Assembly (NCBI GenBank): GCA_964549895.1
Contig: CAZJWW010000001.1
Span: 16,532 to 72,466, forward strand
Origin: an uncultured Gammaproteobacteria bacterium
Lineage (GTDB): Bacteria > Pseudomonadota > Gammaproteobacteria > Arenicellales > Arenicellaceae
Direction: 5' to 3'
Length of the DNA stretch: 55,935 nt
Below the pieces are notes generated by a model that was not told the origin of the DNA, made no database searches, and was given only the letters and a program-made list of their open reading frames with translations. The position numbers and the translations under genes are program-made. Positions 29,928 to 37,440 of this stretch are shown piece after piece (within the stretch, counting starts at the first letter, position 1; every line of letters starts with the position of its first letter).

Positions 29928-29950
29928 TTGAGACCGATTATTGGTCTCAA
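29928..29950. promoter_or_regulatory. Palindrome TTGAGACC-N7-GGTCTCAA (operator or leader hairpin)
   Basis: 8-bp perfect inverted repeat 30 nt upstream of the dynamin-like gene start, in an AT-rich divergent region. Confidence 0.45.
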
Positions 29951-30240
29951 TTATCCCAACCTCCAAAAGCAACCTCAGATTAGTCATTAAATTGTAACTT
30001 ATAGTAGCCCTATTTGTCAAAAATAAATATTAATGTCTTTAAATAAGAATGCGCTGTAAATTATTGATATATATTATTATTCCAATTTTTCGACTTAGGT
30101 CCAATTCGAGCATACTTAAAACCCATTCACATTCGACTAAAGGGCAACAACATTATGGTGAGATAGTGCTTTAGAAAGTTTAAACTACTGGGCGAAACCT
30201 TCGCCAAATCACGCAGACAATAAACACGTTTTCATTCCGA

Positions 30241-32790
30241 ATGGGCAAAAAAAAGACTAATAAATCGACTACTAGAAAAGCCTCGACCAAAAAAAAGAGT
30301 TCAACGGCCTCCAGCAAGCGAGCCGGCGGTAAAAAAAACAGCGTCAGAAAAGATAAAGCCGCTAAAACCAGCAAGGCTAAAGGCGCTAAGACTAGGGCAG
30401 CCAAGACTAAGGTTACTGCGTCTTTAGGGGCAGCGCTGCGGTTTTGGTTGTTGCGCGGATTGATCGTTGGGGTGTTTTTATTCGCCGCACTTACGGTGTA
30501 TTTGGATATTACTATTCGCGCCCAATTCGAAGGCCAAAAATGGGCTTTGCCAGCGCATGTGTACACGCGCCCAATGGAGCTTTACATTGGTCAACAAATT
30601 GATCGTTCAGTGGTACAAGCCGAACTGGATGAACTGGGATATCGCACTGGTTCGGAATTAGCGGGGGTTGGCAGCTACCTTTTTTCTGATAAAGAATTAC
30701 TCATTTACCAACGTGAATTTCGGTTCTGGGATGGTGTGCGGAATCAGCAGAAAATAAAGCTAAAGCTGGAACGAAATAGTATTCGCGATATCCAAGTCCA
30801 AGATGAACAAGGTAATGAGAGTTCGACTGAAATTGTGCGACTTGAGCCGCGTCTCTTTGGCAGCGTATCCCCTTTAAGTCATGAAGATCGAAGTTTATTA
30901 AAACTCAAAGATGTACCGCAAGAATTGGTTGATGCTTTGGTCGCCATTGAAGACCGGCAATTTTATTCGCATTTTGGCATTAACCCGGTGGGTATTGCAC
31001 GAGCCATATTTTTGAATATTCGTGCAGGGCGGGTGGTGCAAGGTGGCAGTACTTTGACTCAACAGTTGGTAAAAAATTATTACCTAACCACTGAACAAAC
31101 CTATCGGCGTAAAATTATTGAAATGATGATGGCTGTGCTGCTGGAAATTCATTACAGCAAAGACCAAATCATGCAAGCCTATCTGAATGAGGTTTATTTA
31201 AGCCAAGCGGGTAACCGGGCGATTCATGGTTTCGAATTAGCCAGTAATTACTTTTATGGTAGACCCTTACAAGAACTCGATCTTGACCAATTTGCAATGC
31301 TGGCAGGCATCAATAATGGCCCCAGCTTTTACAACCCTATTCGTCATCCCGAGCGGGCGCTTAAACGGCGCAATTTGGTACTAAAAACCATGCTTGATGA
31401 GGGTGTTATTGATCTACCACAATATGACCATGCGATGGCCCAGGGTTTGAAGTTACGCGTCTCAAACGGTCGTGCTGCCGCCTTGTCTTATCCCTCGTTT
31501 TTAGGTTTCGTTCGTGGCAATTTGCAGGACGATTACCAGCAAAGTGACTTGTCTAGCGATGGCTTGCAGATACACACGACGTTAAACCCGCGCATTCAAG
31601 AAATTTTGGAAGAGACCGTACGAGTAGAGTTGTCGGCCATTGAGAAACGCAAAAACATTGAGTCAGACTCTTTGCAGGCAGCCGCCGTTGTTATTCGCAC
31701 AGATAATGGCGAAGTGGTGGCCATGGTAGGAGATCGCAATGCGAATTTCTCTGGCTACAATCGAGCCGTTACTGCTAAGCGACCGGTGGGGTCGTTACTC
31801 AAACCATTTGTGTATTTAACGGCGTTGGAATCACCTCAAACTTATTCATTGGCAAGTGCTGTGTCCGATACGCTGATTACGGTTAGTCAGAAAGGCAGCC
31901 CTGATTGGCAGCCACAAAATTACGACGGACGCGAGCATGGTCAAGTAATGCTAATTGACGCGCTGGCTAAGTCATACAACTTGGCGACTGTGCAGTTGGG
32001 TATGGCCGTGGGCGTACCCAATGTTTCGGAAACGATTCGCCGAATCGGTTATCAAGACAGTTTCTCTCAGCTGCCGTCGGTGTTGTTGGGCGCAGTTTCA
32101 ATGTCAGTCATGGACATAAGCCAACTATATTTAACGCTGGCTTCAGGCGGCTTTAAAACCCCGGTTAAAGGTGTAAGGTCCGTGTTGAGTAATGGCAACG
32201 AACCACTAGCACGTTATCCTCTACAGATCGAACAGGTGGTAGATTCAGAATTTAATACGCTGATTAATTTTGCCTTACAAGAGGTGGTTCGCAGTGGTAC
32301 AGCGCGTGGTGTGTTAAATGGGTTTAAGTACGATTATGGATTGGCTGGCAAAACAGGAACTACCGATAATTACCGTGATAGTTGGTTCGCTGGTTTCAGT
32401 GGTAATTACCTAAGCGTCGTGTGGATAGGCCGCGATGACAATCAATCTACTGGTTTAACTGGCGCCAGTGGAGCTGCCCAAGTGTGGTCTAAAGTAATGC
32501 AAAAACTTCCTTTGCAACCGTTGGTATTACCAGAGCACGAAGAGATGATTTCACACACAGTTTACACCTCGTTCGATCCCCAGTTTCAGGATTGCAGCGT
32601 GTCTCGCCAACTACCAATCATGTTGGATTCTTTGCCTTTAGAAAACGTGGCCTGTGAAGGACTAATCAAGTATGATTTACAGGATGAAGGAGAGCAATAT
32701 CATTTTGAAAAAAGCCCACGCCCGGAACAGACTGGGCGCGAACGTGTTCGTAAAAAACGCCGACCGTTTTGGAAACGCATATTCCGTTAG
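30241..32790 (+). CDS. mrcB: Penicillin-binding protein 1B
   Basis: Basic N-tail, TM, UB2H-like region, glycosyltransferase motifs EDRQF and GGSTLTQQLVKN, transpeptidase motifs SLLK, SYN and KTG. Confidence 0.95.
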   Translation: MGKKKTNKSTTRKASTKKKSSTASSKRAGGKKNSVRKDKAAKTSKAKGAKTRAAKTKVTASLGAALRFWLLRGLIVGVFLFAALTVYLDITIRAQFEGQKWALPAHVYTRPMELYIGQQIDRSVVQAELDELGYRTGSELAGVGSYLFSDKELLIYQREFRFWDGVRNQQKIKLKLERNSIRDIQVQDEQGNESSTEIVRLEPRLFGSVSPLSHEDRSLLKLKDVPQELVDALVAIEDRQFYSHFGINPVGIARAIFLNIRAGRVVQGGSTLTQQLVKNYYLTTEQTYRRKIIEMMMAVLLEIHYSKDQIMQAYLNEVYLSQAGNRAIHGFELASNYFYGRPLQELDLDQFAMLAGINNGPSFYNPIRHPERALKRRNLVLKTMLDEGVIDLPQYDHAMAQGLKLRVSNGRAAALSYPSFLGFVRGNLQDDYQQSDLSSDGLQIHTTLNPRIQEILEETVRVELSAIEKRKNIESDSLQAAAVVIRTDNGEVVAMVGDRNANFSGYNRAVTAKRPVGSLLKPFVYLTALESPQTYSLASAVSDTLITVSQKGSPDWQPQNYDGREHGQVMLIDALAKSYNLATVQLGMAVGVPNVSETIRRIGYQDSFSQLPSVLLGAVSMSVMDISQLYLTLASGGFKTPVKGVRSVLSNGNEPLARYPLQIEQVVDSEFNTLINFALQEVVRSGTARGVLNGFKYDYGLAGKTGTTDNYRDSWFAGFSGNYLSVVWIGRDDNQSTGLTGASGAAQVWSKVMQKLPLQPLVLPEHEEMISHTVYTSFDPQFQDCSVSRQLPIMLDSLPLENVACEGLIKYDLQDEGEQYHFEKSPRPEQTGRERVRKKRRPFWKRIFR

Positions 32791-32821
32791 GCTTAATCCC
32801 ATCAGTCTATCCAAATGGCTG

Positions 32822-33289
32822 ATGACGGCTCTAATAATATCAGTGTTGAGTGCTTGCACCAGTGTTCCAGTTCCACGCAGTCTGCCTGAACCGATTGTAG
32901 TCGATGGCAAATCACAACCCTTGCCACCAGCACCTGATATACAGACCGAACGATTGCCAAAAGGGCAGGTGATGTCGCCAGCGGCTCAAGGTTTGTTGGC
33001 CTCGGCACAACAACAGCTAGATTCTTCGAACTGGGAGGGCGCCGCGAATTATTTAGAGCGAGCCCTGCGTATAGAACCGCGCAACCCCGTGTTGTGGGAG
33101 CGGTTAGCGACCGTAAGATACCAACAAAGAGATTTTCAGCAAGCGATTCAGTTGGCGGCAAAATCGAATACGCTTGTGGGCCCCAATATAGCGCTGCGCC
33201 GACAAAATTGGTATCTAATGGCGAATGCCTACGGCTTGCTTGGTGATAATGATAATGAGCAAAAGTACCGAGAAAAATTGAATCGTTAG
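32822..33289 (+). CDS. TPR lipoprotein, LpoP-like PBP1B activator
   Basis: Lipobox LSA-C, Pro-rich linker and TPR (LERALRIEPRNPVLW..LA) directly after mrcB. The start is uncertain; the track start of 32672 overlaps mrcB. Confidence 0.75.
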   Translation: MTALIISVLSACTSVPVPRSLPEPIVVDGKSQPLPPAPDIQTERLPKGQVMSPAAQGLLASAQQQLDSSNWEGAANYLERALRIEPRNPVLWERLATVRYQQRDFQQAIQLAAKSNTLVGPNIALRRQNWYLMANAYGLLGDNDNEQKYREKLNR

Positions 33290-33414
33290 ATACTCGCTTG
33301 TAGACCTCGGTACTGGCTATTAATGCGAGGTTTGTTCATCTGCTAACGCCGCTAATGCGTCGAAGCCTTCCTTATAAAAATAGGCGCTTTTTCTAGCTGC
33401 GTCGTGTGTTGAAT

Positions 33415-33639
33415 TCATATCGCTGCATACGATAGCCGGTATATTGAGTATAGCGCGACACCATTTATAACGCATAAAGCCACAGCTGACGCGTACATCT
33501 TCTTCAAAAGAAAAATGATACCTTAAAAAAAGAAGCCTATGCAGAGAACAAAGGCAGGAGTGAAAGCTGCTTGAGCAATGTACCCTGTGACGATAGAAGC
33601 CAAGATAACGGAAGTAGCAAGGGTTCGATTAGGTTTCAT
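33415..33639 (-). pseudogene. Interrupted small membrane-protein gene
   Basis: MKPNRTLATSVILASIVTGYIAQAAFTPAFVLCIGFFF*GIIFLLKKMYASAVALCVINGVALYSIYRLSYAAI*; internal TAA at 33525-33523 after a T run. Confidence 0.4.
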
Positions 33640-33654
33640 TTGTTAAGTAAACAC

Positions 33655-33760
33655 ACATAACACCGTCGACAACGGCATCCCAGCGATTGCCCCAATTTTT
33701 GTTTCTAAAGTGATTTGTGTTGAATTTAGTTTTCAACGTGGCGCGCAAAGGAGCCGTCCT
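33655..33760 (-). mobile_element. Truncated attC-like site (integron cassette relic)
   Basis: Minus strand ends ...GCCGTTGTCGACGGTGTTATGT 15 nt before the pseudogene ATG; imperfect stem GACGGCTCC / GGATGCCGTT; outer TAAC arm absent. Confidence 0.3.
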
Positions 33761-33803
33761 GCTAACCTACCTTAGCAGTGCGCAATATCATTCTCAATTA
33801 TCT

Positions 33804-34361
33804 TTATAGCCTGGAAGAATACTGTTCTTGCCTGTATTGCAGAGCTAAGCGCTGATAACGTTCACGGTTAATTGCAAAAAACTCCAAATCTTTTTCATTT
33901 ATATCACGCAATTTTTTGGCCGGGCTACCTGCCCATACTTCGCCAGCCTTGACTATTTTGCCAGGTGTGAGCAGTGCGCCGGCGGCCACCATTGCGCCTT
34001 TTTCAACTATGCAATCGTCCATCACACAAGCTTGAATGCCAACGAATGCGTTGTCTTCAATATTACATGCATGCAGTACTGCAGAATGACCAACGGTAAT
34101 GTCATCACCTAAGTAACAACCTTGGCCTAATTCAGCACAATGGATCATGGTGAGGTCTTGAATATTTGTGCGGTGCCCGATTCTAATTTCATTTACATCG
34201 CCGCGCACCACGCAGCCATACCATACACCTGAGCCCTCTCCAATGTGAGTGTCACCAATGACCGCTGCTGTTTGTGCGATAAAGGCACTGGGGTGAATGG
34301 TCGGTGTAATTCCGTTGTAAATAAATAAGGGTGGATTTATAGGTGGCTTGTTGTTGGTCAT
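33804..34361 (-). CDS. Gamma carbonic anhydrase family protein (YrdA/PaaY-like)
   Basis: Hexapeptide repeats, RGDVN.IRIG..TNIQD and three His ligands (IHC, GHSAVLH). Confidence 0.9.
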   Translation of the reverse strand: MTNNKPPINPPLFIYNGITPTIHPSAFIAQTAAVIGDTHIGEGSGVWYGCVVRGDVNEIRIGHRTNIQDLTMIHCAELGQGCYLGDDITVGHSAVLHACNIEDNAFVGIQACVMDDCIVEKGAMVAAGALLTPGKIVKAGEVWAGSPAKKLRDINEKDLEFFAINRERYQRLALQYRQEQYSSRL

Positions 34362-34482
34362 GCTTGTAAGATGTGCGTGTTTTCAATACCAATTTTTTCG
34401 ACCCTTTATAGATCGCTGCTGTAAATTTAGTTTTGCATTTGATCTGAAGAGTAAACACAAACCTTGTGAATAGCAATTAGGC

Positions 34483-35583
34483 ATGCCGCACACACCACTC
34501 TCAAGATATCATGAGGATTTAGAAGACCCTCAATTTGAGCCTGATGAGATGCAAGCGCTTGCGGTTAAAAACCTGCAACGACTCTATGATGAGTTGTTGC
34601 AGTCTAAATCGCAAAGCGTCGGCATTATGGAACGCTTTGGTTTAGCCAAGCCAGCGAAGCAACGGCCAGTGCAGGGATTGTATTTTTGGGGCGGCGTTGG
34701 TCGCGGAAAAACTTATTTGGTGGATACCTTTTATGAGTGTTTGCCGTTTGAAAGAAAGCTTCGCATGCACTTTCACCGTTTTATGCACAGAGTTCACCGT
34801 GAGCGCAAGGAGTTGCGAAACGAACAAGATCCACTGGTTATTATAGGTAAACAACTTGCTGAAGAAGCACGAATAATTTGCTTCGATGAGTTCGTGGTTA
34901 ACGATGTTGCCGATGCGGTTATTCTCGTGCGGCTGATGGAGGTGCTGTTTGATCACGGTGTCAGCCTAGTTGCCACTAGCAATGTAGAACCTAAAAATCT
35001 CTATAAAGGAGGCCTGCAACGTGATTTGTTTAAGCCCGCTATCGAGATGATTTACGAGTTTACCGATGTGGTGAATATAGATTCTGGAATCGACTATCGG
35101 CTGTTATTTTTGGATAAAGCCGAAACGTATTTTCACCCCGTTAATGAAACTACGGCAACCGGGATGCAATACAATTTTGAACATTTGGCCCCTGATGCTG
35201 GTATAGAAAACGCTCCAATTGAAATAGAAGGTCGCACGCTTACGTCCATCAAGCGCAGCGATGGAGTGATTTGGTTTGATTTTACCGAGCTTTGTGATGG
35301 CCCCCGTTCACAGGACGATTATATAGAGCTAGCACTTTGCTTTCACTCGGTACTATTAAGCGATGTCCCTATATTGGACGAATTAAAAGCAGATCAAGCA
35401 CGGCGATTTATAAATTTGGTCGATGTTCTCTATGATCATAATGTTAAATTGATCATCTCGGCAGAGGCGCCAGCGGCAGAACTTTATATTGGCACTCGTT
35501 TGGAGTTTGAATTTAGACGCACCGTCAGTCGCTTGCAAGAAATGCAATCGCATGATTATTTAGCACTCGGTCATAAAACCTAA
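34483..35583 (+). CDS. zapE: Cell division ATPase ZapE (AFG1 family)
   Basis: GLYFWGGVGRGKT, HFHRFM, CFDEF, GLQR, ARRFINLVD and RTVSRLQEM. Confidence 0.93.
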   Translation: MPHTPLSRYHEDLEDPQFEPDEMQALAVKNLQRLYDELLQSKSQSVGIMERFGLAKPAKQRPVQGLYFWGGVGRGKTYLVDTFYECLPFERKLRMHFHRFMHRVHRERKELRNEQDPLVIIGKQLAEEARIICFDEFVVNDVADAVILVRLMEVLFDHGVSLVATSNVEPKNLYKGGLQRDLFKPAIEMIYEFTDVVNIDSGIDYRLLFLDKAETYFHPVNETTATGMQYNFEHLAPDAGIENAPIEIEGRTLTSIKRSDGVIWFDFTELCDGPRSQDDYIELALCFHSVLLSDVPILDELKADQARRFINLVDVLYDHNVKLIISAEAPAAELYIGTRLEFEFRRTVSRLQEMQSHDYLALGHKT

Positions 35584-35621
35584 TGTTGGTATTAATTAAT
35601 ATAGGTAATTAGAGAAACAGT

Positions 35622-36359
35622 ATGAAATTTTTAGATCAGTACTATGATCGCACGAATCAAGGGCACATAAGTGTAAGCGGTCAGCAAGGCAGTGACTTTG
35701 CAAAAGGCATTGCCACCGATTTCAATCCGATTCATGATCCACTTGCTAAACGATTTTGCGTGCCTGGTGATTTGCTATTTGCGCTTGCGCTTAGCGAATA
35801 TGGCTTACACAAAAATATGGCGTTTCAATTTTTAGATTTAGTCAGTGCAGGGACATTATTAAACTATCCGCGTCTGAATTCTGATAGCGCTGATCTACAG
35901 GTTTTGAATAGTAAGGGAAAGGCCGTTTTAGGCCTGCAATATCAGGGCGGTGGAATTGACGAAGCACAAAAGATAGAGGCTATGTTAAGAAACTACGTGG
36001 CATTTTCTGGGCAAAACTTCCCCCATATTTTGGTCCCTCTGATGAAGCAACATGATGTAATGATCAACCCTAAAAGGCCGTTAGTAATTTATCAGAGCAT
36101 GTCCTTTAAAATTAACGATCTTTCTTTTAGCGAGCTGCAAATAACCCTGGAAAAAACTGAGCTAGAAGTGAATGGAAAGCGAGGTGATGCCAAGCTGTTT
36201 TTTTCCATCAAGTCTGATGGTCAGGAAATCGGTTCAGGTATAAAAACCTTAGTGCTCAGTGGCTTGCGTGAATACAATGAACTGGCGGTGCAACAGCTGA
36301 GCGATGCGTATTTGAACCGGAAAAAAACGTGGGAAGAAAAAGGTCTTATATTGACTTAA
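35622..36359 (+). CDS. DUF3581 family protein
   Basis: FAK..A.DFNPIHD..AKRFCVPGDLLF, SGQNFPHILVPLM and MINPKRPLVIY; family recognised from memory. Confidence 0.7.
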   Translation: MKFLDQYYDRTNQGHISVSGQQGSDFAKGIATDFNPIHDPLAKRFCVPGDLLFALALSEYGLHKNMAFQFLDLVSAGTLLNYPRLNSDSADLQVLNSKGKAVLGLQYQGGGIDEAQKIEAMLRNYVAFSGQNFPHILVPLMKQHDVMINPKRPLVIYQSMSFKINDLSFSELQITLEKTELEVNGKRGDAKLFFSIKSDGQEIGSGIKTLVLSGLREYNELAVQQLSDAYLNRKKTWEEKGLILT

Positions 36360-36445
36360 ACGTTTTTATATTGGCTTAAATCCTTAGAAATTTGACCAAA
36401 GTAGCGTTTTGAAAAGTTAGCTTATTACGATGAAACTTAAGGACA

Positions 36446-36859
36446 TCATTCGCAAGACCAAGACTTTAGTCGTGCACCACGCTTATGTTCATCCACTGGA
36501 AACCAGCTGTAACCTTGACTAAGTTCCGTTTTTTGTTGATTGGGCTCCTTAGCACGGGTGGCGACCACTGAGCTCTCTTTTGCACAGTTCTTCGCAGAAT
36601 AAAGAGCACAGGCGTTATAGCCAATTTGCACAACTCGGTGCACACGTACTTTCTTAATAAAATTGTGGCAGCCCGGTTTACGTGCTTTGCCAGCAGTAAA
36701 TCGAATTTTATCGGCTTGCTCTTTGTTGTTAATCTTATAAAAACGAATGGTTTGATTCGGCTCTACTGCTTGCGCAGACTGTAGTACAGCAACGATTAAA
36801 GTAAGCGACAATAACTTGGTGGCCAATCTCAGCGCGTTTACCAAGAACCGATTCTCCAT
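36446..36859 (-). CDS. Hypothetical secreted protein with four Cys
   Basis: Signal peptide ending AQA-V; basic mature region with 4 Cys; overlaps the upstream gene end. Confidence 0.65.
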   Translation of the reverse strand: MENRFLVNALRLATKLLSLTLIVAVLQSAQAVEPNQTIRFYKINNKEQADKIRFTAGKARKPGCHNFIKKVRVHRVVQIGYNACALYSAKNCAKESSVVATRAKEPNQQKTELSQGYSWFPVDEHKRGARLKSWSCE

Positions 36860-37323
36860 TTCGGAATATTAACTTCTTCGTCCAAGCCGGTTGAACGAGT
36901 TTCTAAATTGCCATCAGAATCGCTTTCTTCAAGTATTTGTTTTCCGCCACCTATCGAGTGCTCGAGTTCAACCCGATAAACCTGCCCGCCGCTCTCGCGT
37001 CGAGTTTCCGTAATGGTTGCTTGTCCCAATGGGCCGTAATTTTCTTCACTGGCAGCATCCTCGGCCGCCGTTGATTTGGCCGTTTCTTCTATTCCTTCGG
37101 TTGGTATCGGTTCGACTGGTAGTGGTTGTCTCTCTGCAACAGCAGGAGTGCCTTTAGTGTCTTCGCCAAGACCTGGGGGAGCCAAGCTCTCCTGCGCAAA
37201 ACCTATTTGACAGATACATAACAAACCACCGGCTAATGCGGTTAGCCCTTTAGTAGGTCGTCTTTCGGTCAGTTGGTTTTTTGTGTCTTTGACTATTTCT
37301 TGGTCACTTATTATGGTTTTCAT
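36838..37323 (-). CDS. DUF2782-like secreted acidic protein
   Basis: Signal-like segment, Pro/Glu linker and C-terminal IPKWRIGSW; divergent from polA as DUF2782 genes often are. Confidence 0.6.
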   Translation of the reverse strand: MKTIISDQEIVKDTKNQLTERRPTKGLTALAGGLLCICQIGFAQESLAPPGLGEDTKGTPAVAERQPLPVEPIPTEGIEETAKSTAAEDAASEENYGPLGQATITETRRESGGQVYRVELEHSIGGGKQILEESDSDGNLETRSTGLDEEVNIPKWRIGSW

Positions 37324-37440
37324 AATACGTACTCCGCTACAATGTTATTGCCATGTTATCATAGCGTCGTTCAGCATCCCGTTAATTATTTCGTTAATTA
37401 TCGCTCACATGCCATGAATTTAACCTTCTCTTAACAATCA

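Noticed and set aside
30180-30566. 128-aa hydrophobic minus-strand ORF
   Set aside because: It is the antisense shadow of the Lys-rich mrcB N-terminus.
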